A DNA stretch of 64,000 nt from Scyliorhinus canicula (taxonomy: Eukaryota), in assembly GCF_902713615.1 (NCBI RefSeq), contig NC_052149.1, forward strand, positions 71,103,443 to 71,167,442, written 5' to 3'. The position numbers and the translations under genes were made by a program. Positions 36,741 to 49,615 of this stretch are shown piece by piece (position 1 is the stretch's first letter; every line of letters begins with the position of its first letter). Below the pieces are notes generated by a model. It saw only the letters and a program-made list of their open reading frames with translations. It was not told the origin of the DNA and ran no database searches.

Positions 36741-38295
36741 TGAATGAATTTTTAAAAAAAGCTTCTCCCTTCTTCCCACCCGTTTCTAATCCACTCTTCA
36801 TATACAGGCTTCACTGGACCATGTGCCATCTGTGTCTGCGAGGATGTGGGAAATCATTCTGTTGGACCTTTGACAAGCTGTGTTTAGCCCTCTGTTCCAC
36901 CAATGTGTCCAGGCAGCTCTGGCATCTTCTATTAACAATTCTCCTCTGTTCCTAAGGAGGTGCTGAGAGGAAACTGGCAACTTAGAACAGCAGCCTACAT
37001 TATCTACTTTTTTAAGGCACTGGATTTGTACTTGTTTTCTGAGTCACCTTGATGGTGCAGTTTCTTGTATTTTTAGTATTTATGGTGACCCTGAAAGACT
37101 GGAAACTAGGATTTCAAAATAAATGCTGTAATTATGCAAGTCTAACTTGCCATTGCTGAAGTTCCAATAAAAGAGTACTTTTGAAATGTTACAAAAACAA
37201 GTGAGGTACCATTTTGCATATCAATTAACATAAAAGGTGAAATGGTATTTCATTTCCTAAGCCGCAAATTCCAACTTTAAATATGCATATATTTTTTAAA
37301 GTTCAACAAGTTAAAATTACCTGTGTAGTTGTTGCCAGATAACAAATTGCCAGTTTTGGTTTGAACCGAACAAGAAGATCTTTAGACAATCAACATGGCC
37401 ATTTTTCTATTTGCTTAACACCCTTTTGCAAACTGGTACGCCGTGAAAGCTGTTACGAGAATTATGTTTGCAGAAGTTCAAAGCACAACATTGCTCATAG
37501 TTTAGTACTATAACAAATGGGAAATCTTGGCACTAGGAAGACCAACGTGAGTAATATTGAATGCAACAGTATTTCCTGACATGAGGATAAGGCATGTTGT
37601 TGCAAAGTCAAGAAAGGCTTGTTTTTCTAACTGCTACACCTGACTGGATTACCTGATCTGGATACTAGATGTTCAAAAAGTGAACTATCTAGTGCTATTT
37701 TTAAAAATACCATAAATTTCATTCAAAGGCTTCATCATCGTATGAAAGACTTGAGCCAGAGGATGTCTAAAAATAAATATTTCCATTTATGGGTGATAAC
37801 TGCTAATTTTTTAAAAGGGAAATCTTCTGTTGACCGTGATCCTTTCAGTAGTGATAATGAACCTATAAGCATTAATAGTTACCAACAACATGCTATTAGA
37901 GCGAGCAGTCATGCATTACTGGAGGTACACCAACTCTGGTCTACTGAATTGCTCTATTCTAGATTTTTTAAAAGTGAGTGTTTCATGCCTCTACTGCAGG
38001 GTACCCTTTATGCATTTGGAATTGCTGTTTACAGATGGGATATGGAGTGGTGCTTTTATGAATTTTATCCTGCCTATGATGAATGGGAAAAGTAGTTGAG
38101 TATACCATACTAGGAGGTTCATGCTTCTGGACTGACTGTTGTGAACAGCCTTGGAAGTCAGAGTTACTTGTAAGTGTATTGCTATCTCGACAACACATTA
38201 CTGTAGGACTTGAGCACTAGTTAGGTTGGCACTAACACATTTTTTTGGATGGTATAAACCTACTTTGATAGTTTGGATGCTGATTAATGATCTCC

Positions 38296-38470
38296 GGGGC
38301 TGGTTTAGCACAGTGGGCTAAACAGTTGACTTTTAATGCAGAACAAGGCAGCAGCGTAGGTTCAATTCCTGTACCAGCCTCCCCGAACAGGCACCGGAAT
38401 GTGGCGACATAGGGGCTTTTCACAGTAACTTCACTGAAGCCTACTCGTGACAATAAATGATTATTATTCA
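38296..38470 (+). mobile_element. Short tRNA SINE with a different head and the 'gtgacaataaa' tail
   Basis: ggggctggtttagcacagtgggctaaacag..ggttcaattcc head; second copy at 63245-63423 (-). Confidence 0.85.
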
Positions 38471-38744
38471 TAGGATTTAACGGCTATTATCTGCTTTCAA
38501 TGGTTGAAGGAGGGACAGTAAACGTTTCTCCCTCTATCACTATCACCAAAGATAACTTAACTTGTTATCTAATTGTGGCAGTTTGCTATGTGTAAAAGTG
38601 GCTGCTTAATTTCTTTATGTTCCAGCAATTTAATTCTATGCACACTGAAATGTGGACGGTGCACTATATAATATACGTCTTCATATTCTTTTGCCCATTC
38701 ATAAACTATTCCTTTGTCTTTGTTCTTGCTGGCACACAACCCCA

Positions 38745-39340
38745 GATAAGGTGGTTAAGAAGGCATATGGGATACTTGCCTTGATTGGTCAAGGCAAAGA
38801 ATGTAAGAGTAGGGAGGTTATGATGAAGCTGTATACAATGCTCGTTAGGCCACAACTAGAGTACTGTGTGCAGTCTGCTCACCTCACTATAGGGAGGATG
38901 TGATTACACTGGAGAGGAGGAGATTCACCAGCATGTTACCTGGCTGGAGCGTTTCCCTATGAAGGGAGGCTGGTTAGGCTATAATTCTTGGCAGAGAAGA
39001 CTGGAGTGGACCTGATTGAGGTGTACAAAATTATGATGGACATGAGGTAGATGGGAAGAAACTTTCCCCCTTGAGATGTCAATAATCGGGGCATTGATTT
39101 AAAGGGGATTTGAGGAAAGCCTTTTTTACCCAGACTGTTGGGAATCTGGAACTCGCTGCCTGAAAGGGTGCTGGGGCGGGAACCCTCACAACTTTTAAGC
39201 ATTTAGATGAGCATGTGAAAAGCCAGAGCATACAAGGCTACGGACCCAAGTGCTGGAAAATAGGATTAGAATAGATAGGTGCTTAATGGCTGGTGAAGAC
39301 ACGATAGGCTGAAGAGCCCCTCGGTGCTGTAAAACTATGA
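38745..39340 (+). mobile_element. Degraded CR1 3' fragment
   Basis: VVKKAYGILA..LYTMLVRPQLEYCVQ. Confidence 0.82.
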
Positions 39341-40049
39341 CCTCCCTATGCTGTTCAGATATCTTGGTGTGTTCAAGATGTATGCCAATCTTAGCCATAA
39401 CGATTTAAATAATTGATCATGTTTTAGTCTCCCCCCCCCTTCAGCACTGATGCAGACTAACAATCATAAATTACATTCAATGATTCATTCTCTCCTTGGC
39501 CACTCCAGGTTCCTTAAATAAAGTCCGGTCATATGTGCTGCACCACCGCCTATTGTAGTAGCCAGCTAAGTGGATCTGTGGTTGGTTACAGTGTCACCAA
39601 TCTGAAGTTTGACGATTTTTACAACAGCTTTCTCCATCCCTAGTTTTAGCAGCTTTTTCATCATACTCCTACAACAAAGATCCAGCAGAACCTATAGATG
39701 TACGGTCAGCTTGCACATGTATCCTGATGATGCTCCACTCTACCGTTGGCACCTCTTAAGCCCTCTACTAAATTACTTACCATAATTTTGTTTTGGATGT
39801 GCCATAATGTCTAGCAGCTTAAACATTGGGAAGGTTAATGCCATATACTTTAGCACCTCGTGCAAACTCCATATATCTGCATCCTTTGAACTGGCCACTT
39901 TGTATGTCTTCAGCATAATGTTCTGAACTTTTACTTCTGCCATTCGCCCATCTGGTGCAACCCTCACATGTAGCTTTGCTCGCTCATTATTTAATCTGGC
40001 TAGCTTGATTGTCTCTGCCCATATTTACTTTGCCTACCACCATCTAACT

Positions 40050-40495
40050 CAGGGGTGGGCAAACTTTTCCGTGCAAGGGCCACATTCAGAAATTCACAAT
40101 TTTAAAGGGCCGCATAGTATATTAATTAATTGTCCCGGTTGTAACCAATTAGCGTGCGACATATACCTCAGCGCTTCCCCCGGCGGCATCCTGCCTTTAG
40201 CCCTCTTTTTCTCTACTTTTCAAAAATGGCGCTTCACCCGGTTATGATTCTGGGCCTCATATAGAACATCGAACAGCACAGAACAGGCCCTTCGGCCCTC
40301 GATGTTGTGCCGAGCAATGATCACCCTACTCAAGTCAACGTATCCACCCTATACCAGTAACCCAACAGCCCCCCCCATTAACCTTATAAAAAAAAAAATT
40401 TTAAATTTTAAAAAAAATGACTTGATCTTGGTGGGCCGCATAAAGACCTTTGGTGGGCCGCATGCGGCCCGCGGGCCGTAGTTTGCCCACCCCTG
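40050..40495. mobile_element. hAT/Charlie MITE, copy 2
   Basis: Same TIRs; perfect TSD atctaact (40042-40049, 40496-40503). Confidence 0.95.
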
Positions 40496-40799
40496 ATCTA
40501 ACTCATTGACCCTACATTTATTTATCTGCTGGTCTACAATGCTTGAAATTTGACATTCACCTCTTCGTGCCCAAGTTCCTCCATGACTATGCTAATCCCT
40601 ATTTATAACTTAAGGAGTACTTCCCTTCCCCACAAGCCAGATTTTCTTCCTGACTGGCCTCTAACTGCCCCTGTATAAGGGATCTCAAGATTCCTCTAAT
40701 TATAGTAAATAGTCCATTTGGATGAAAAGGAACACAATCTATCATTGTGGGTTAAGTGCGCGAGATGTAATACAGTTTACAAGCTGCAACACAAACTTA

Positions 40800-42600
40800 T
40801 GAAATAGGAGAAATAGGCCATTCGGCCCCTCACCTGCTCCAACATTCAATCAGATCATAGCTGATCTGTTTGCGTTGGGTTCCACTTTCTCATTTATCCC
40901 CAAAAACTTTACCCAGCCTTCAGTGGCAGTGAGTTCTGTGAGTTTCAAAGCCGCATTGTCCTCCGAGAATAAAATTCTCCATCTCTGTCCTATAAGGGTG
41001 ACTGACTCTTAGTTCTAAACTCGCCCATGAGGGAACATCTTTTCCGTGTCTTATCTTGTTAATATAATTCAGGATCTTCTCCAAACGAGTGGTGACGAGC
41101 CCAGACTTTCCAACCTACCCTAAGACAACCCTCTTATTACAGGTATCACTCTAGTAAGCCTCTGAACTACCTCCAACATATTTGCATCCTTCCTTAAATA
41201 AGGAGGCCAAAATTGCGCACTGTACAAGATGTGGTGCCCTGTATAACTGAAGCTTAGCCTTTTTATGTTCAGTTCATCTTGTAATAAAGGATGGCATTTT
41301 ATTCAACATAGAATTTACAGTGCTGAAGGAGGCCATTTGGCCCATTGAGTCTGCACCGGCCCTTAGAAAGAGCACCCTACCCAAGCCCACCCCTCCACTC
41401 TGTCCCGTAATCCCACTTAACCTTTTTGGACATTAAGGGCAATTTAGCATAGCCAATCCACCTTACCCACACATTTTTGGACTGTGGGAGGAAACCGGAG
41501 CACCCGGAGGAAACCCACGCAGACACTGGGAGAACATGCAGACTCCGCACAGACAGTGACCCAAGCCGGGAATCGAACCTGGAATCCTGGAGCTGTGAAG
41601 CAACTGTGCTAACATTATGCTACCGGGCTGCCCTAAATTAGCCTTATTTATTTGCTGTACCTGCATACTAACGTTTTGTGACTCATACACAAGAACACTT
41701 AGATCCTTCTACATTCTTCAGTCATTCTCCATTTTAAGTAATACTCTGCTTTTTAATTCTTCCTACCAAAATGAACAACTTCATATTTTCCTGCATACTT
41801 TTTAACTGCCAGATTTTTCCCACTCAACTTATCTATATCCATCTGCAAATTTGATGTTGTCTACACAAGATACATTCCTTCCGGGCGGCACTGTTGCTTC
41901 ACATCTCCAGGGTCCCAGGTTCGATTCCTGGCTTGGGTCAACGTCTGTGCGGAGTCTGCATGTTTTCCCTGTGTCTGCGTGGGTTTCCGCTGGGTGCTCT
42001 GGTTTCCTCCCACAAGTCCAGAAAGACGTGCTGTTAGGTGAATTGGATATTCTGAATACTCACTCTGTGTACCCGAACAGTTGCTGGGATGTGGCAACTA
42101 GGGGCTTTTCATGGTAACTTCAATTGCAGTGTTGATGTAGGCTTACTTGTGACAATAAAGATTATTATTATCTTTGTGCAGTCTACCATGCCTTTGCTCC
42201 CCTCAGAAAAGTCATTGATGTAAATTGTAAAATGTTGAGGCTCCAGCACAGACCTCTGCTAGACTTCACTCTTATCCTGTTACTCCGACAAAGACTATTT
42301 CCTGCCAGCCAGCCAATCTCAATCCAGGCCAATGTTGCTCCCTACACCGAGCTTTTATTTTTTGCAATAACCTTTGATGTGGCACCTTATCTAATGCTTT
42401 CTGGAAATCCATGTACAGTATGTCTACAGGCCTCCCTCTACCCACAGTACATGATACACCTTCAAAGAACTAGTAAGTTGATTAAACAAGATTTTCCTTT
42501 TATAAAACCATGGCAACTCTTCCCGATTACCTTGAACTTGTCTGTCCAGCTATAACCTCTTTAACGATCAACTCTAACATCTTCCCCACGACAGACATCA
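40800..42600 (-). mobile_element. Degraded CR1 with nested SINEs (41306-41633 on -, 41883-42170 on +)
   Basis: CR1 tail aggccattcggcccct and ORF2 remnants (reverse of ccttatctaatgctttctggaaatcca). Confidence 0.75.
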
Positions 42601-43149
42601 ACTAACCTCCATGTTGCATGTTGGTAACCCTAAGGGTAGTCGCATCGGTGGAGAAAATAAAACTTAGTTACAATTAAAATATTATTGGCCAACTCACTGG
42701 CTATATACTAGGTGTTCTTTTTAATAGAACTGGTGAGGACTCTATATGGATAACCATAAAAAATGTATAATAGAGTTACTTTCTGTCTGCTATTGGGTAC
42801 AGTATATAGGAACAGGAGTACACTATTCAAGTTGCTTGAGCCTATTCAGTCATTGTTTGATCATTGCTCACCTGTACGTGAGCACCATTTGCCCACCTTG
42901 GCTTTAATCTTTAATATTCTTGCTGTACAAAACCTACCATCTCAGCTTTGGCATTTAGTTAACCTAGCCTCACAGCCTTTTTAGGGGGAGGGGGCAAAGT
43001 TCAGATTTCTGGTACACTTTAGAAATTCTTCCAGACATCACCCCAAACTGCTTAGCTCTAATTTTAAGTTCATGCCCCTTGATTTGGTGCTTCCTCACCA
43101 GTGAAAATATTTTACCTGTTCCTCAAATCCTAATTAGATAACCCCTTAA

Positions 43150-43275
43150 TAAAAGCAAATTACTGCGGATGCTGGAATCTGAAAGAGAAAATGCTGAAAA
43201 CTCTCAGCAGGTCTGGCAGCATCTGTCGGGAGAGAAAATAGCTAACATTTCAAGTCTAGATGACTTTTTAAGCAG
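43150..43275 (-). mobile_element. Penelope-type terminal repeat (solo pLTR-like)
   Basis: aaatgctgaaaactctcagcaggtctggcagcatctg..gctaacatttc; relatives at 63526-63648 (+), ~48690 and ~50670. Confidence 0.65.
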
Positions 43276-43369
43276 TTTTAAGATTACGCAACCTCCAGTA
43301 ATCATTTAAACTTTCTAACCCCGGTTTCCCGATGAATGTGTTGCATTCCTTCCCTCACCCATGAACCTC

Positions 43370-43928
43370 GAATACCCAATTATTTTATTTTCCAATTAAG
43401 GGGCAATTTAGCATGCCCAATCCACCTAACCTGCACATCTTTGGGTTGTGGGGTGAAACCCACACAGACATGGGGAGAATGTGCAAACTCCACACTGACA
43501 GTGACCAAGGGCTGGGGTTCGAACCCGGGTCCTCAGCACTGTAGTCCCAGTGTCAACCACTGCGCTGCATGCCGCCCTATCCCATGAACCTTCTGAGGTG
43601 CAGTGGCTAGAACTGAAGACACATCATAGAATTTGCAGTGCAGAAGGAGGCCATTCGGTCCATCGAGTCCGCACCGGCTCTTGGAAAGAGCACCCCACCC
43701 AAGGTCAACACCTCCACCCTATCCCCGTAACCCCACCCAACTAAGGGCAATTTTTGACACTAATGGCAATTTATCACGGCCAATCCACCTAACCTGCACA
43801 TCTTTAGACTGGGAGGAAACCGGAGCACCCGGAGGAAACCCACGCACACACGGGGAGGATGTGCAGACTCCGCACAGACAATGACCCAAGCCGGAATCGA
43901 ACCTGGGACCCTGGAGCTGTGAAGCAAT
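43370..43928 (-). mobile_element. Two HE1-like SINEs (43370-43580 and 43624-43928)
   Basis: Shared body; the first has TSD cccatgaacct. Confidence 0.82.
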
Positions 43929-44039
43929 AGGTGGACTTTAATCAGAGCTCTTGAGTATAACTAGCTATGCCTATTATATTCCAGTAGCCAGGACGTAATG
44001 GCCAACCTTTCATTTGTCGTCTTGATTTGGTTTTTAAAA

Positions 44040-44890
44040 TTAATTTTTATGGATTGTGGGTGTCACAGGATGTCACAGGCCAGCATTTGCTACCCACACC
44101 TAATTCTCATTGAGAAGGTGGTGGTGAGCTGCCTTCTTGAATGCTGAAGTCCATGTGGTGTAGGTATGCCTACTTTGCTGTTAGTAAGGGAGTTCCAGGA
44201 TTTTGACCCAGCAACAGTGAAGGAACGGCGATATAATTCCAAGGTTTGTGATTTGGAGGGGAACTTACAGGTGGTGGTGTTCCCATGCATCTGCTGGCCT
44301 TGTCCTTCTAGGTGGTTGTGAGTTGGGAAGGAGCCTTGTTGAGTTTCTGCAGTGCATCTTTGTAGATGTTGCACACTTCTGCTGCTGTGCATCGGTGATG
44401 GAGGGAGTGAATACTTGTGAAGGGTGTGCCAATCAATCGGCTGTTTCGACCTGGATGGTGTCGAGCTGCTTGTGCTGTTGGAGCTGTACTCGTCCAGGCA
44501 AGTGGGGAGTATTCCATCACACTCTTGACTTGGGCCTTGTAGATGGTGGACAGGCTTTGGGGAGTCAGGAGATGGGTTACAGGCCTTTGACTTGCTCTTG
44601 TAGCCTCAGTATTTATGTAGCTGGTGTAGTTCAGTTTCTGGTCAATGGTAACCCCCAGGATGTTGATATTGAATGATTCAGTAATGGTAATACCATTGAA
44701 TGTCAAGGGGTGATGGTTTCATTCTCTCTTATTGAAGATAGTCATTGCCTGGCACTTGTGTGCCGTGAATGTTACTTGCCACTTGTCTGTCCAGGCCTTG
44801 CTGTATTTGGATGTGAATTGCTTCAGTGTCTTCAGGAGTCACGAATGGTGCTGAACATAGTGCAATCATCAGCGAACACCCACACATCTA
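44040..44890 (-). mobile_element. CR1/L2-clade LINE 3' fragment
   Basis: INILGVTIDQKLN..LSTIYKAQVKSVMEYSPLAW; same family as 33800-35220. Confidence 0.85.
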
Positions 44891-46342
44891 ATCGTATGTT
44901 TGATATATTCACTAGTTTTTATTGACCTCTGTGCATTAACTCAAATCTCTGCTCCTACTTTCCTAGCTACTCACCATTTAGAAAATACCCTATTTATCTG
45001 TTTTGGGTCCAAAATGGATGCCTTTGCATTATCCCCACTAAACGCCATCTGCCAGTTTTGCCCAATCATTATATCTGTTAATGGTAGTTGGAAATAGTTT
45101 AAGACCAGGTAAAGGTGACTAGTTTCTCTTCCTAGAATCTTGTGGTATATGTTTGGCCGATTATGTCTGTTTAGTCCCTAAAGGGCATTCAACAAGTTGG
45201 GTTTTTCCAACATTCCAATTTATGGCCGTTTTCTGATACTTGCCCATAAATTGCCAGATTTATTGAATTCATTTTTTTACCTAATGGTGGTGGTTGGGGA
45301 GGGGGGATTTAATTTTATCTATTACTAGTCAATTACTATAACCACTAGGCTAGTGTACCTTAAATAATTCAGCAAGGTTTTGACACCTTTTTGCTATTAT
45401 AGGGTATTAAACCTAAACTTTAACATGATGATAAATCGATGTTCTCCACGGAGGGCAGATTCACATTTCTATCACTAGGTGAAGGTTACAGGAGGTTTTT
45501 GTAGTATCGGAAGCAAGTTCTGAAGTCTGGTGGATGAAGAGGCTGGGTGCAAAATACAAAGGCACCCAGGAATGTGACTTACTATTTTTGAAAAGCAGGA
45601 ACTCATACACTCAACATCAATTAAAACTGATTTGAAGTTACTGTGGTCAAAGGCATAAGGGAGCTGAATTTGAAGAGCAGCAGATAGAATTATATTTACA
45701 CTGTGCTTTAATATTCACTGGAGCCGCCTGATCTCAATGTGTGATACTTTGTAAGTATCATGCTCATGAGAAATTGACTGGTAACGTAAAAGCCTACCAT
45801 TTTATTTGAAAATTGTAATTTCCTCTGAATCTTACAATTTTGTTGTGTAATAAGCGATGTACTACTTCATTAGTGTGGAAGTGCTGCATTAAATACCAGG
45901 CATTGTTGGTCACTTATAATCATTTTAAAGGCGTTCTTGGTGAAATATTGTGGCAAACTACGCCCAATGGCATGAGGAAAAGGGATAAAAATTGTGTGCT
46001 TGTAATTACATCTTGCGTCACTGACTTATTTTTCCAGTGAAATTAAAGGCTCAACTTTCTCTTGGACAGTACTTTTTAAAGTGCCCCCAATTTCCTTTTA
46101 GTAGCAGATTAAATAAACTGCCTCAAATTGAGGGGCACAGCAAGCAAACAAATGGGGATGGGGTGGAAGGCTTAAGGGTATTTATTAAGGGAAGGTTGAA
46201 TAAAAGTTGCAAACAGAAGGTGGTTCACGAGAATGGGAATAATTTCAGATTGCTCCGACTAAAGACTGGCATCATGAGTCAAAGAGCCTCCTTTGTTGTA
46301 AATGTGTAAAATGTCACTTCATGGTGATGGGTCCCTCTAAAG

Positions 46343-46847
46343 CAGGGGTGGGCAAACTTTTCCGTGCAAGGGCCACATTCAGAAATTCACAATTTTAAAG
46401 GACTGCATAGTATATTAAGTAAAATAATTAATATTTAAAATAGCCAAAATAAAAGGTTTTTAAAGAAAAAAAAAAGCAATTAATTTTTATTACTTAATAT
46501 TTTAAAGTAGAAATTTTACATGAAACACATGTATTTGAAAAACAAAGTAACTCAGTTTAAAGAAAAAGAAGCAATTAATTTTTTTAAATTAATATTTTAA
46601 AGTAGAAACTTCACATGAAACACATGTTGTGCCGAGCAATGATCACCCTACTCAAGTCAACGTATCCACCCTATACCAGTAACCCAACAGCCCCCCCCCC
46701 CCATTAACCTTAAAGTTAAAAAAAATAATAAAATAAAAAAATAAAAAAGAATTAAAATTTTTTTTTTTGTGATTTGATCTTGGTGGGCCGCATAAAGACC
46801 TTTGGCGTGCCGCATGCGGCCCGCGGGCCATAGTTTGCCCACCCCTG
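46343..46847. mobile_element. hAT/Charlie MITE, copy 3
   Basis: Same TIRs; TSD ctctaaag/ctctaagg; internal ~65-bp AT-rich tandem duplication. Confidence 0.93.
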
Positions 46848-47481
46848 CTCTAAGGAAACCACATGAGTTGTATTTGGTTTGTCAGTAACTGTATTAGTAT
46901 GTTTTTTGTGGTTCAATTTCATTTACAAAATTACTCCATTTCCTGAATACTATGCCATCATCACCTACAGCTGAATGCATATAACTTTTGCCCCCAAAAA
47001 TGGTTTGTTTGGAAAAATAGGATTTCTTCCATGTTTCACTACTCAATTGAGGAAATTCAGCTGAATAATGGTATCTGACATAGCGCAACAGCTTTAAGTT
47101 ATCAAAGGATGAGACTAATAGTTCCTTATAGATGGGGTTTCACACATCTGATGGGTACTGATAGTTCCAGGATACTTGGGTACAGATCATTTGCCATATC
47201 ACATCTGCAAAGATTGCTGTTCAGCAACTCATCCCTAAAAATAGGATCAGCTTAAAAAATTACCTCTACATCACCTCTTTTAAGTATTGATTTGTATGAG
47301 CCACAATTCTTTCTTTGCTCAAACTCCAACATAACACAAACTATTTGACCACTAACAATTTTGCCCCATAGCCAGGATTATTACCTGCTTCTGGCTTCTA
47401 GCTCAGGTTTTTCAAACAAAGGATATGTAACCTCGGTGTTGGGGAATAGCATTTAACCCCACATTCAATCCAGTCTAAATA

Positions 47482-47719
47482 CTTTTAAAATTTATTTATT
47501 TATATAAATTTTGAATACCTAAATCATTTTTTCCAAATTAAAGGGCAATTTAGCATGGCCAATCCACCTACCCTGCACATCTTTGGGTTGTGGGGGCGAA
47601 ACCCACATAAACACAGGGAGAATGTGCAAACTCCACACGGACAGTGACCCAGAGCCGGGATCGAACCTGGGACCTTGGCACTGGGGCAGCAGTGCTAACC
47701 ACTGCACTACTGTATTCCC
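47482..47719 (-). mobile_element. HE1-like SINE, A-rich tail, ~16-bp TSD
   Basis: caatccagtc(t/c)aaatac on both sides. Confidence 0.87.
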
Positions 47720-48317
47720 CAATCCAGTCCAAATACAAATGATGTATCTCTACCTTCCTCCTTGAGCATCAGAAATGTTCAGTTGCACCGTGACCACTTC
47801 ATTGCTTTTATTTGTGTATGGAATATGAACATCACATACAAGGTCAGCATTTATTTTGTTTCTGTGGTTGTGAGCCACCTTGAACCACCCAAGTGTGTGG
47901 TGTAGGTTATATTTTTTAATGTTTTCACAGTTTGATGCAACTAAGTGGCCTGCTAGGCCATTTTGGATGACAGTTAAGAGTCAACCCCATTGCTATGGGC
48001 CTGTAGTTACATGTAGGCCAGACTGCAGAAGGAGGGCAGATTTCCTTCCATAAAGGGGCATTAGTGAATCCAATTACTTTTACAACAATCTGGTGATTCC
48101 AGTGTTACGTAGCTGATATTAGCTTTTTATTCCTTACTTATTTAATTGAATTTTAAATCTCCCAGCTGCCATGCTGGAATTTGAACTTGTGTCTCTGGAT
48201 CAATAATCCAAGCCTCTGGTTTGCTAGTTTTTAATGTAACCATTATGTTCCTGGTCCTGGACTTGCTGATTTCACCCTACGCACATTCTGAATTCATCAG
48301 AAATAAAAATAGGAAGT

Positions 48318-48686
48318 AGAACATAGAACAGTACAGCACAGAACAGGCCCTTCGGCCCTCGATGTTGTGCCGAGCTTATACTGCTGACGATTGACTGCCC
48401 GGGGAAAGTTTTTCTTTACAAAAAAAGGAGCACTTCTTGCTCTTTTCCATCTTCGTAACATCATGTAACAGTTTAGGATGGTTGCAAATTTGTCTTTCAC
48501 TGGATTACACAGGTACTGTACTGCAAGGATAAGCATTTGAGACCAACTGTAATGTAACTAAGTTCTGAGTACATAAAATGAGTTGTCATTCTGGTGTGCT
48601 CCATGTGCCTATCCAATAACCGCTTGAAAGTTCCTAAAGTGTCCGACTCCACTATCACAGCAGGCAGTCCATTCCACACCCTAACT
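48318..48686 (-). mobile_element. Chimeric CR1 3' end containing a 215-bp copy of the IL12RB2 3'UTR (48372-48586)
   Basis: CR1 tail 48318-48375; reverse complement of 60634-60848 at 48372-48586; CR1 ORF2 end (RVWNGLPAVIVESDTLGTFKRLLDRHM) at 48587-48686. Confidence 0.9.
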
Positions 48687-48689
48687 ATT

Positions 48690-49615
48690 GAGAGAGCAGC
48701 AGAGTTTACGTTCCATGTCTGTGCCCTTTGATCTGAACTGGGAAAAATTAGAAATGTTATAGATTTAAAGACGTGATGAAAAACAACAGAAGAGAAGATC
48801 ATTGACAGGGTGAAAGGGAGAGGAGACAATAGTGGTGCAAAGCCAAAGGGAGTAAAAATAGGGCAAGTAAAGAAAATGTATTTCGAGAGATGGGTAGTTG
48901 ATTGATTAACAAATACAAAATCAAAATTAAAACAAATATGAGGAAAATGAGAGCAAGTCATTGCCTGCAAACAAAATGGAGGCCGCGATTGCAGTGTGAA
49001 ATTGAGTCCACAATTCTAAAGGCCTGTTTGAAACATTAGGTGCTGTGGGTTGAACTTGGAATGCTGCAGGAGGCCAAGGACAGTGTGCTGTCAGAGAGCA
49101 AGGTGGAGATTTAAAATATCAGGCAGCCCGAAGCTGAGGTCACGCTCACAAACTGAACAAAGATGTTCCACAAAGCAGGCGCACAACCTGCTTTTGGTTC
49201 TCCCAGTATAGAGCAGTGAGTACAATGTGCTAAATTAACATGCATGTCTTTTAAGTGCCTTAGGTGGTGAGGAGAGGAGGAAAAAGGGCAGGTGTTGAAA
49301 GGTGCTATGGGTAGGGAGTGGGATGTTGGGAGGTGACTGGAGTGTGGACTAGGATGTTAGTGAGGAGAACGCTCTCCTCGGAATGCTGAAAGGGGAGGGA
49401 GGGGGCAGATATGTTTGGTGGTGACATATTGCAGGTGGCAGAAATGGTGGAAGATGATCCATTGAATATGGAGGCTGGCGAGGTGAAAGGGGAGGATGGG
49501 GGAAAGCCTATCATGGTGCAGGGAGGATGGGGATGGGGTGACAACATAGTGCTGGGAATAGAGCAGACGTGGTTGGGTGGAGGGTGAAATCCTTGGTTGA
49601 ATTCATCAGAACTAT
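48690..49615 (-). mobile_element. Degraded Penelope-like element 3' part (GIY-YIG remnant)
   Basis: Reverse strand ctctatactgggagaaccaaaagcagg (LYTGRTKSR, like LYIGETKRR) and SVLGLLQH remnants next to a pLTR-like repeat. Confidence 0.65.

Noticed and set aside
37742-38095. 117-aa ORF downstream of SERBP1
   Set aside because: No recognisable homology or splice structure; likely a chance ORF.
48297-48536. Two near-identical 79-aa ORFs (here and 60684-60923) as a duplicated small protein
   Set aside because: They result from the 3'UTR duplication and are antisense to IL12RB2; no coding features.
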